Part shown: positions 1 to 7,657 of the stretch, one piece after another
Layout of the letters: each line of letters starts with the position of its first letter
Position numbering within the stretch: position 1 is the stretch's first letter
NCBI GenBank assembly: GCA_937921735.1
Contig: CAKZTQ010000045.1
Location: forward strand, 1 to 57,798
DNA: 57,798 nucleotides
Direction of reading: 5' to 3'
Origin: an uncultured archaeon
GTDB lineage: Archaea > Hadarchaeota > Hadarchaeia > Hadarchaeales > Hadarchaeaceae
Made by a program: the position numbers and the translations under genes
The notes under the pieces: model-generated
What the model was told of the DNA's origin: nothing
What the model saw: only the letters and a program-made list of their open reading frames with translations
Databases searched by the model: none

Positions 1-21
1 TGCTTGATTAATTGGTTAATT

Positions 22-274
22 GTTTCAGTAGGTGCCTCGTAAAGTGAGGATTGAAAGGGCGGTAGCACCAAGCGGAACACCAGCGCCTCGTCGTTTCAGT
101 AGGTGCCTCGTAAAGTGAGGATTGAAAGGGCGACGTTATTACGGCACTGTTAAGGAGATACTTCTGTTTCAGTAGGTGCCTCGTAAAGTGAGGATTGAAA
201 GGAAATTACTCTGGCTAGCCTGTTGATGTCTGCCACGTTTCAGTAGGTGGCCTCGTAAAGTGAGGATTGGAAAG
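22..274 (+). CRISPR. CRISPR array, trailer end (4 repeats, 3 complete spacers; probably continues left of the window)
   Basis: Repeat GTTTCAGTAGGTGCCTCGTAAAGTGAGGATTGAAAG at 22-57, 93-128 and 166-201, plus a variant with two extra G at 237-274. Spacers are 35, 37 and 35 bp. An internal CCTCG/TGAGG hairpin and the 3' ATTGAAAG handle give + orientation. Confidence 0.97.
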
Positions 275-280
275 ATACAA

Positions 281-404
281 GCCGGGATTAGATTTACGAG
301 CCGAGCTCGTAACCGGACGCCGGGTTCAAATCCCGGCAGGCGGATCAGCAGTTTCGGCGACCATTATGAAAACACGTTCGGGTCTGCCTGCCGGACGGTT
401 GCTG
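281..404 (+). ncRNA. tRNA-like 3' fragment within a structured non-coding region
   Basis: T-arm CCGGG-TTCAAAT-CCCGG (320-336) followed by CAGGCGG-A. Hairpin TTACGAGC-CGA-GCTCGTAA (294-312). Positions 333-346 pair with 381-394 (14 bp, two G-U). Confidence 0.45.
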
Positions 405-418
405 AAGCTATGGACGCC

Positions 419-434
419 AAAAAGGAAAAGAAAA
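419..434 (-). terminator. Oligo-T archaeal terminator candidate for the nitroreductase gene
   Basis: Minus strand reads TTTTCTTTTCCTTTTT about 70 nt after the stop at 505. Confidence 0.4.
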
Positions 435-504
435 GGCGTGGGTCCCCTCAGTCAAACCCGCCCACTCCGAGTTTGTAAGAAGTAAGAACTTGTGCAGCGT
501 ATTG

Positions 505-1038
505 CTAAGCGAGGGGTCCACCGTATTCCTCCAGCCCCACTATGTTCCGAAGCTTTTTCCTCCTGCGGATGAGATGCATGATTTTCCCTAGCAAGTCGAA
601 TTTCTTTTTGGGATAGCCTACGGCTAGGAGAGCAACCACGTTGTAGCGCTCTGGGATTTTTAATAAGCGTTTAACGAGCTCTTCGTCGAAGCTTCCGACC
701 CAGCACGTTCCGAGGCCCTCGCTGGTCGCCGCGAGAACCATGTTCTGCATCGCGATCGCGACATCGATCGCATACCATTTGGGCGAAGCTTGGCGATCAC
801 CGCAACCGACTATTACCAACGGACACTCGGTTAAAAACCTCGCAAACCTCCCACTTTTCGCGATCCGTTTTCTACGTTCAGGATCGGTTACGATCACAAA
901 GTACCAAGGTTGTTTATTTTCCGCGGACGGTGCCAGGCGGGCTGCCTCTAGGATCTTTTCAAGCTTCTCTTTTGGCACGGGATTTGGGGAATAGGCTCTG
1001 ATCGACTTTCTTACTCGAATGGCCTCCAAAACTTCCAT
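505..1038 (-). CDS. Nitroreductase family flavoprotein
   Basis: Motifs RKSIRAY, AARLAPSAENKQPWYF and AMQNMVLAATSEGLGTCWVG. Confidence 0.93.
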   Translation of the reverse strand: MEVLEAIRVRKSIRAYSPNPVPKEKLEKILEAARLAPSAENKQPWYFVIVTDPERRKRIAKSGRFARFLTECPLVIVGCGDRQASPKWYAIDVAIAMQNMVLAATSEGLGTCWVGSFDEELVKRLLKIPERYNVVALLAVGYPKKKFDLLGKIMHLIRRRKKLRNIVGLEEYGGPLA

Positions 1039-1139
1039 ATCAGTAGTCCCTAATTATTGTACAACTTTTGAATAAAATAAGCTGTTTTAGTACAGTTTAA
1101 TCTTTTTTTGTGAGGAATTAATGGTTGTGGAAAGGTTAT

Positions 1140-1292
1140 CTTGTTGCCGTTTCTCCCATCTAGCATCGAAAGCTTTGCTCGATCGTCTCTTCTTTCTAGT
1201 GGTTGGGCCAGATGCGAGGATGAATGAATTCTGAAACTCCAGCCCCCAAAATTTGACCGACAGATCAACGTTTTTAAAACATCAGAGGGCAA
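1140..1292 (-). pseudogene. Degenerate 5' fragment of a preA (dihydropyrimidine dehydrogenase) paralog
   Basis: A minus frame reads NVDLSVKFWGLEFQNSFILASGPTT...KAFDARW, matching KIDLSVKFCELEFENPFILSSGPPT...RAFEAGW of the PreA at 42850. It is frameshifted near the start and truncated. Confidence 0.8.
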
Positions 1293-1304
1293 TTAAATTT
1301 ACCC

Positions 1305-2471
1305 TTAGCTGATTTTTCCCCTCGCGGATATGGGCCAGATGACCTCGACTTCATTATCCCTGATGCCGATGACTTCGTCGTAAAGGAAAACGGTACCGCA
1401 GCAGTGGATCGGAATGATCTCCACCTTGTCTCCAACTTTAAACAGTTCTCGACACCTCTCACCACGAAGGAGCCCATATTCCTCCCCGATCTTAGAATCG
1501 AAAACGATGTCCCACAGGATCTCGCCATCCAAGGTCCTCACCAGCCCTAGGCCAGTAGTTGGATCTTTCCTGCGGGCTTCGACGGGTGGGGTGTTTGGGG
1601 GCGTGAATGCTCCAAACGTACAGGAATCCGGGCCGGCAGCCTTCGATCCAGCGTCGCATATCGCTCGATCGTTGGCTGGGACGCTTATGATCGTCGTCAA
1701 AACGGTTGCGGCAAAGTCTTTTTCGGCGCATACGCCGAGACCATACTGTTGGGTATCGTTGAAGACGTAGGCTCCTGGTCTTATCTCGGTGACCCCCTTC
1801 ACTTTAGCAACGATTTTCGCGCCAGGCGTCGAGCCTAGGCTGACCTCTCTTATGTCAATTCCGTTGTCGCGTAACAGCTCTGCGGTCTCGACCATGTCCC
1901 GAGCCGCTCGCGTGGCTATTTCGTGAAGTTCTTCCTTGTTTTTAGCTCGATAAACGATGCCTTCGTGAGTATAGATCCCCATTAGATTTAGACCCGGTAG
2001 CTTTACCACCTCCTTCGCCAACTCGAGAGCGGGCTCTCCTGGCGGTACTCCGGTCCTCTTTATGCCCGTATCGATATCGAGCAGGGTATCTATCTTCATG
2101 CCTTTGCCTTCGGCCAATCTGGATATCTCCCTCGCGTTTTCGACGCTATCGACGGCGATCCTGATTTTGGCTCTTCTGGCGAGCCTGATGAGCCTTTCTA
2201 TCTTTTGGGCCCCCACGATTTGATTGGAGATGAAAATGTCTTTGATCCCCGCGGCTTCCATGACCTCTCCCTCGCTCAGCTTGGCCACTTGGATTCCAGC
2301 CGCTCCTGCCTCTAATTGAAGGTGCGCTATCGCCGGGCACTTGTGGGTCTTGGTCATAGGTCGAAGCTTTACCCCGGCGGCCCTCGCAAAATCGGCCATG
2401 CTTGTTATGTTTCTCTTTAAAATATCGAGATCTACGATGAGAGCAGGGGTATCTAATTCTTCTTTCCTCAT
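1305..2471 (-). CDS. PLP-dependent fold-type III enzyme, D-threonine aldolase/D-serine dehydratase (DSD1) family
   Basis: Motifs LDTPALIVDLD, RPMTKTHKC, EIRPGAYVFND, DAGSKA and IPIHCC. Confidence 0.88.
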   Translation of the reverse strand: MRKEELDTPALIVDLDILKRNITSMADFARAAGVKLRPMTKTHKCPAIAHLQLEAGAAGIQVAKLSEGEVMEAAGIKDIFISNQIVGAQKIERLIRLARRAKIRIAVDSVENAREISRLAEGKGMKIDTLLDIDTGIKRTGVPPGEPALELAKEVVKLPGLNLMGIYTHEGIVYRAKNKEELHEIATRAARDMVETAELLRDNGIDIREVSLGSTPGAKIVAKVKGVTEIRPGAYVFNDTQQYGLGVCAEKDFAATVLTTIISVPANDRAICDAGSKAAGPDSCTFGAFTPPNTPPVEARRKDPTTGLGLVRTLDGEILWDIVFDSKIGEEYGLLRGERCRELFKVGDKVEIIPIHCCGTVFLYDEVIGIRDNEVEVIWPISARGKIS

Positions 2472-2589
2472 GGCGACCCTTTAAAGTTCTAATAATTTCT
2501 CTTTAAGAATTTGTCGAAAAGTTTCCAATTTTTGAGCTCTTAATAGAAAGTTTTAAAAACGTCTCAAAGCTAGTCTAGTTTGTGGTTAA

Positions 2590-3897
2590 ATGAGGGGTGA
2601 AAAAAGAGGAATAGCGGTTGCGACAGCAGTTATAATCGCTGTAATAATAACTGCGATAATCGTTGGACCAGTAGTATACCTTGCCAAACCCGCAGGGGAA
2701 GTGGTGGAAAAAATCGTGGAAAAGCCAGTGCCGGTGGCCGAAAAAATAATAATGGGTTTCGTGATGGGGGGCTACACTGCCGGGTCCACTTGGGATGGTC
2801 GGTATAAAATAGCGGCGGATCGGCTGAAATGGCTTTACCCCTGGTTCGATTATTACTACGATGAAGGAGTGGTGCTCGAGGGAAGGGATCCAGCCGCGTC
2901 CGCTAGGGACCTCATCGCAACGAAGAAAGCGAACTTAGTGGTGGGAAGCTGGGAGCCCTGTGCTGTACCGGCTTTTGAAACCATCAAAAGGGATTACCCG
3001 AACGTTTGGTTCTTGGGCAACATAGGGAGTGACATTAGTAGGGGAGGAAATCACCTAAGGTTCTTCCCAAGGCAGTACCAAGCGATGTATTTGGAGGGCC
3101 TCGTAGCCGGTGCGATAACGAGGACGAATAAAATAGGTATTGCGGTGGGGCCAGCCTGCGTTCAGAACTGGAGGCGGATGGCTGCCTTTTACCTAGGAAT
3201 AAAAGAAGTGAACCCGAATGCCACGCTGTACGTTAAGTACGTGGGAGAGTGGTATAACCCACCGGTAGAAAGGGAGGTCTCCTTAGCCCTAGTGGATCTT
3301 GGCTGCGATGTCTTAACGAATTACACGGACTCTACGGCCCCGGTTGAGGTCGCTGAAGAAAAAGGCATTTGGTTCGTGGGCAAAGACAGCGATATCGTAG
3401 GGATGTATGGCTGGTCGACCACGGATACCGTGGCGGTTTCCTTCGACACGCGTTGGGAGGTGATATGGGATCACTTCCTGAAGGAATACCGCGCCGGTGT
3501 AAAGGCTCCGGATACTTTGGTAATGTTGGGCATGGACCGGCATATAGCGATGCCGGCCGACAATCCATGGCTCCCAGGACAGACCATATTGCCGACGGTC
3601 GATCTTCAGAACGATAACAAAATAGGCATCGATGCGATAAGTCCGAAAGCCCGAGCACTCATCCCAGAAAATGTCTTAAGGCTGATCGCGCACAGGAGGG
3701 AACAAATGATGTTTGGACAATGGGACCCATTCTTCGAGTACGAGCTTGTGGCTGGTGAAGAGTCCGTGGAGATCCCAGGAGTAGCACCGAAAAGAACGCC
3801 GGGAGAAGTGGTAAAGCCAGCTCGTACAGCAGTTTCCGACGAGTTTCTCCTTGGACAGTTCAACTTCATGTTACAGGGCATAGTGCTTGTCAAATAA
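2590..3897 (+). CDS. BMP-family ABC transporter substrate-binding protein (nucleoside/nucleobase type)
   Basis: N-terminal membrane anchor. Motifs YLEGLVAGAITRTNKIG, AFYLGIKEVNPNA and YVGEWYNP. Confidence 0.88.
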   Translation: MRGEKRGIAVATAVIIAVIITAIIVGPVVYLAKPAGEVVEKIVEKPVPVAEKIIMGFVMGGYTAGSTWDGRYKIAADRLKWLYPWFDYYYDEGVVLEGRDPAASARDLIATKKANLVVGSWEPCAVPAFETIKRDYPNVWFLGNIGSDISRGGNHLRFFPRQYQAMYLEGLVAGAITRTNKIGIAVGPACVQNWRRMAAFYLGIKEVNPNATLYVKYVGEWYNPPVEREVSLALVDLGCDVLTNYTDSTAPVEVAEEKGIWFVGKDSDIVGMYGWSTTDTVAVSFDTRWEVIWDHFLKEYRAGVKAPDTLVMLGMDRHIAMPADNPWLPGQTILPTVDLQNDNKIGIDAISPKARALIPENVLRLIAHRREQMMFGQWDPFFEYELVAGEESVEIPGVAPKRTPGEVVKPARTAVSDEFLLGQFNFMLQGIVLVK

Positions 3898-3899
3898 GT

Positions 3900-3921
3900 C
3901 TTTTTTCTTTTTTTATTTTTT
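3900..3921 (+). terminator. Oligo-T terminator after the BMP gene
   Basis: CTTTTTTCTTTTTTTATTTTTT immediately after the stop, between convergent genes. Confidence 0.6.
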
Positions 3922-3950
3922 CAATTCGAGTTAGGTAATGGACTTGAATT

Positions 3951-4829
3951 TTACTCTTTTATGTAAGGTTGACCCAGAGCCGCGGGTTTCGCCAGCCCCC
4001 ATTTCCTCCTAAATCTTGGGGTCGAGATCACCGCTAGAACTATGATCGTTGCTATAAATGGAAACATCCTGCAAACGCCTAGGGGCAAGCCAAAGCCAGG
4101 GATGAGGGTTTCCGGGGCGATGCCGAACTGCCATATCACGCCGAAAATTAGCGCACCAGCTAACAATATCGGAGGTCTCCACATGGAAAAAAGGACAAGG
4201 GCTAATGCGATCCACCCCATGCCTTGAGTTGGAATGTGGCTCCAGAGCCCCAGATAAGTTATGCACATGAACGCACCCGCTAACCCACCCAACAATCCAC
4301 CTATGATCACGCAGAGGTAACGGATTTTCACCACGTTTATGCCGGTGGCTTCGGCAACCGAGGGGTCTTCTCCCACCGACCGTATCTTCAACCCGATATG
4401 AGTTTTGGAAAGTATAAACCAAACTACTAAAACGAGCACGACCGCAAAGAAAAACATGGGGGAGAGGAGACCCCCGATACGGGGGGAGGGAATCCTCAGG
4501 GGTCCAGAGTATTTATCCATCCAGAAAGTGACAAATCCCATGGCGAATATCCATATCCCCATCGCGCTCACGACTTGGTCTACCTTTAAGGTTATCGAAA
4601 ATAGTCCATGTAGAAAACCAAAAACGGCTCCCAGTGCCGCCCCAACTATGAAACCAACTAAGAGGCTACCGGTGCGAAGGGCAGTTATAAAACCGGAGGC
4701 TGCCCCGAAGAGCATTAACCCTTCTATCCCAACGTTGAGGACGCCGGAGCGCTGGTCCAGCAGTTCTCCTATGCCGGCTAGTAGAAAAATCGTTGCCACT
4801 TCCAGACATCTCGCGATAAACGGCCACAT
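3951..4829 (-). CDS. Nucleoside-type (CUT2) ABC transporter permease
   Basis: Motifs GELLDQRSGVLNVGIEG, GLKIRSVGEDP and GMGWIALA; hydrophobic. Confidence 0.92.
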   Translation of the reverse strand: MWPFIARCLEVATIFLLAGIGELLDQRSGVLNVGIEGLMLFGAASGFITALRTGSLLVGFIVGAALGAVFGFLHGLFSITLKVDQVVSAMGIWIFAMGFVTFWMDKYSGPLRIPSPRIGGLLSPMFFFAVVLVLVVWFILSKTHIGLKIRSVGEDPSVAEATGINVVKIRYLCVIIGGLLGGLAGAFMCITYLGLWSHIPTQGMGWIALALVLFSMWRPPILLAGALIFGVIWQFGIAPETLIPGFGLPLGVCRMFPFIATIIVLAVISTPRFRRKWGLAKPAALGQPYIKE

Positions 4830-4833
4830 GTTT

Positions 4834-5928
4834 TCACGCCTTTTTCTTCCTCACGATTTTATACCGATAGAAGAACTGGAGGGCAATAAAGGAAAGGAAG
4901 AGAATCCCGAGAAAAACTCGGTCGAGTCCATAAGTTAGTCCATACCTCCGAACTATGACGGTTCCACCCTCCCTTAGCGATCCGACAAAGATCGACAGCG
5001 GGATTGCTGCGAGGGGGTTCAAGAGACATATCAACCCTACCATGATTCCCCAATAAGTGAGTTCCCCTATTCCCTTATACGCATCGGGTCTAGGAATGAG
5101 ACGAAAGGATGGATCCCCGGCCCACATGTGGTATGCGGAGAGACCGGCTATCGCACCACCAACGGCCATCACGAAGATCGCTATTTTAGCTGGATTGATC
5201 CCTGCATGTTCAGCGGCGGGTTGGCTGCTGCCCAAGGCCTTGATTTGGAACCCGATACGCGTCTTTTCGAATAAGAAAAACAATAATATGGATATCGCGG
5301 GGGCGAGAACTACGGTAAAGGGTAGTCTCCAAATCGTCGGTGCCCACGCAGAAACTGGCAGCGGTCTGCTCTGAGATTCCGCGATACCCCTCCAAGGCCC
5401 CGTGGGTGGCATGATTAAGGCGTGAAGCAGCCAAAAAGCTATGTTATTCAACATGAGAGTTATCACGATTTCATTAACGCCGAACTTTCCTCGTAGAAAT
5501 CCGGCAAAAGCTCCATAGACCGCGCCAAAAATCCCAGCAGAGATTAACATGAGTGGGATAAGAATTGTGGAGGGAAGGTCACCATATGCATATGCAACCG
5601 CAAATGCCCCCACCGTGCCCAAGTAGAGCTGCCCTTCCATCCCAACGTTCCATAGCCCAGCTTTTAGTGGGAGGATGAACGCGAGCGTTGCAAATAATAA
5701 AAGCGTGCTCCTATGGATCATCGTGGGTAGTCCGGTTTTTGGATCGAAGGCGTAGGAAAAGACGCATTTATATACGTCTATCGGGTTGGCCCCCTCGAAA
5801 AGAATGAAAGCGCTGAAGACGACAAAGGCGATAATTATAGAAAGGACAGATATCTTAACCGCGTCCCGTCCAGTTACTACAAGCACCCTTTCGAGTTTTA
5901 GTTTAGGTAGTTTCAAGACATCAACCAC
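4834..5928 (-). CDS. Nucleoside-type (CUT2) ABC transporter permease
   Basis: Motifs KAGLWNVGMEGQ, GVNEIVITLMLN and GFQIKALG; multi-TM. Confidence 0.92.
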   Translation of the reverse strand: MVDVLKLPKLKLERVLVVTGRDAVKISVLSIIIAFVVFSAFILFEGANPIDVYKCVFSYAFDPKTGLPTMIHRSTLLLFATLAFILPLKAGLWNVGMEGQLYLGTVGAFAVAYAYGDLPSTILIPLMLISAGIFGAVYGAFAGFLRGKFGVNEIVITLMLNNIAFWLLHALIMPPTGPWRGIAESQSRPLPVSAWAPTIWRLPFTVVLAPAISILLFFLFEKTRIGFQIKALGSSQPAAEHAGINPAKIAIFVMAVGGAIAGLSAYHMWAGDPSFRLIPRPDAYKGIGELTYWGIMVGLICLLNPLAAIPLSIFVGSLREGGTVIVRRYGLTYGLDRVFLGILFLSFIALQFFYRYKIVRKKKA

Positions 5929-5930
5929 CT

Positions 5931-7541
5931 CTATTTAGCGCGCGCACCCGTCATCATCGCTCCTACTATTTCCTTCCTCGCCTTTTCCGCTGGGATTATG
6001 TCTACGAACTTACCCTCGTAGATCGGAGCTATCGTATCGCTTACTTGTAAAACCTCATCGAGATCTTCTGAGATGAGCAAGATCCCCATTCCTTCTTTTT
6101 TGCAATCGAGGAGCTTGTTTCTAACGAATTCTGTTGCACCGACATCGAGGCCCTGCGTAGGTAGATTAGCGATCAATAACTTCTTGGTTCTCGGGATAGT
6201 GCGTGCCAAAATTAATCTTTGTAGGTTCCCTCCGGACAGATGTGCTGCCCTCGTGTAGATACCCGGTGCCATCACCTCAAACTCCGAAATGACTTTTTCA
6301 GCATGCTCACGAATTCGTTTATAGTCGAGAAGCCCCCACTTGGAAAATTCTCTATCGAAATAAAGGCTCAGCGCAATATTTTCCATCAATGAAAATTGGG
6401 GGATGGAGCCGACCCTCACGCGCTCGGAGGGAATATATCCAATTCCCATCTTCAACCTCTCCAACGGGCTGGCGTGCGTGATATCCTTACCTTCGAACAT
6501 TACTTTTCCACCCGAGGCTTTGCGGACGCCCGCCAAAACTTCGGCGAGCTCCTGTTGCCCGTTGCCTGAAACTCCAGCGATTCCGAAAATTTCACCCTCC
6601 CTGATCGAGAAGGTCACTCCCTTTAGAGCTAAAAATCCCCTGTCGCTTATTGCTGAAAGATTTTCCACCCGCAATATTTCCTTTCCCTTTTTTACCTTCG
6701 GTTTCTTCACTCGGAAGAGGACCTCCCTCCCGACCATGTATTTCGCCAAGGCTTCCATTGTGGCTTTTCTCGTCTCAAGACGCTTAACCACTTTGCCTTT
6801 CCTGAGGATGGTAACCCTATCGCTCACGCTGAGCACTTCTGGCAACTTATGGGTAATAAACGGGATCACCGCAATTTCGGTACCCGCCATGCTCCGGAGG
6901 GATTTCAGGAATCTCTCGGTTTCGATGGGGGTCAAAACCGAGGTAGGTTCATCTAGGATCAGGAGCTTTGCGCCTCGATAAAGGGCCTTCACGATTTCCA
7001 CGGATTGTTGTTCGCCTGCCGATAGTTGCCAGACCTTGGCATCGAGGTCTATTTTAAAACCGTATTTATCGCAGAGTTCTTGCACTTCCTTTTTAGCCGC
7101 CTCAATATCCACGATTTTCCCAGCCTTCGGATGCCCCAAAATGATGTTCTCTAAGGCAGTGTGGGCGGGTATCAACTTTCGATGTTGGTGGACCATCCCT
7201 ATCCCGAGGTTGATAGCGTCCAAGGGGGACTTGAATTCCACTTTTTTACCGCGGATGTAAATCTCGCCTTCGTCCGGTTTCAACAGGCCGTAGAGGATGT
7301 TCATGAGGGTGGTTTTTCCCGCACCGTTTTCCCCCAAAATAGCGTGGATTTCACCGGCTCTTATCTCTAAATCAATATGATCGTTGGCCACGACGCCTCC
7401 AGGAAACTTTTTGGTGATCCCCCTTGCCTCGAGGACGACTTCACCGTGTTTTAAATTGGCCCAGAATTTTTCTGATAATTGGCTTCTCTCTTCTTTACGC
7501 CCACCGAAGAGGTCAATTATCTTTTGGCTGAGCACCGACAT
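5931..7541 (-). CDS. CUT2 ABC transporter ATP-binding protein (two ABC domains)
   Basis: Walker A GENGAGKT, LILDEPT and second-domain LSGGNLQR. Confidence 0.95.
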   Translation of the reverse strand: MSVLSQKIIDLFGGRKEERSQLSEKFWANLKHGEVVLEARGITKKFPGGVVANDHIDLEIRAGEIHAILGENGAGKTTLMNILYGLLKPDEGEIYIRGKKVEFKSPLDAINLGIGMVHQHRKLIPAHTALENIILGHPKAGKIVDIEAAKKEVQELCDKYGFKIDLDAKVWQLSAGEQQSVEIVKALYRGAKLLILDEPTSVLTPIETERFLKSLRSMAGTEIAVIPFITHKLPEVLSVSDRVTILRKGKVVKRLETRKATMEALAKYMVGREVLFRVKKPKVKKGKEILRVENLSAISDRGFLALKGVTFSIREGEIFGIAGVSGNGQQELAEVLAGVRKASGGKVMFEGKDITHASPLERLKMGIGYIPSERVRVGSIPQFSLMENIALSLYFDREFSKWGLLDYKRIREHAEKVISEFEVMAPGIYTRAAHLSGGNLQRLILARTIPRTKKLLIANLPTQGLDVGATEFVRNKLLDCKKEGMGILLISEDLDEVLQVSDTIAPIYEGKFVDIIPAEKARKEIVGAMMTGARAK

Positions 7542-7657
7542 CCCCTAACACCTTGCAAATATCTTCAGGAGCGCCCTCAATTAAAAAGCTTTCCAAACTA
7601 AAAACTGAAAATGTTATGTTTTATTTACAGGGCAATCGAAAAGGACGAGGGGATCAG

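Noticed and set aside
58-236. Self-targeting by spacers
   Set aside because: By eye only a chance 10-nt match (CTCTGGCTAG near 19857) was found; no protospacer in the window. An alignment would be needed to be sure.
281-346. Complete or split tRNA gene
   Set aside because: No D-arm or 7-nt anticodon loop, and the complementary segment pairs with the tRNA body rather than a leader as in split tRNAs.
260-485. Two 72-aa ORFs after the CRISPR array
   Set aside because: They start inside the terminal repeat, cross the tRNA-like structure and show no protein-like motifs.
1057-1094. TGTACA/AGTACA near the nitroreductase promoter as TRP boxes
   Set aside because: Only two hexamers in AT-rich DNA with no tryptophan context; likely chance.
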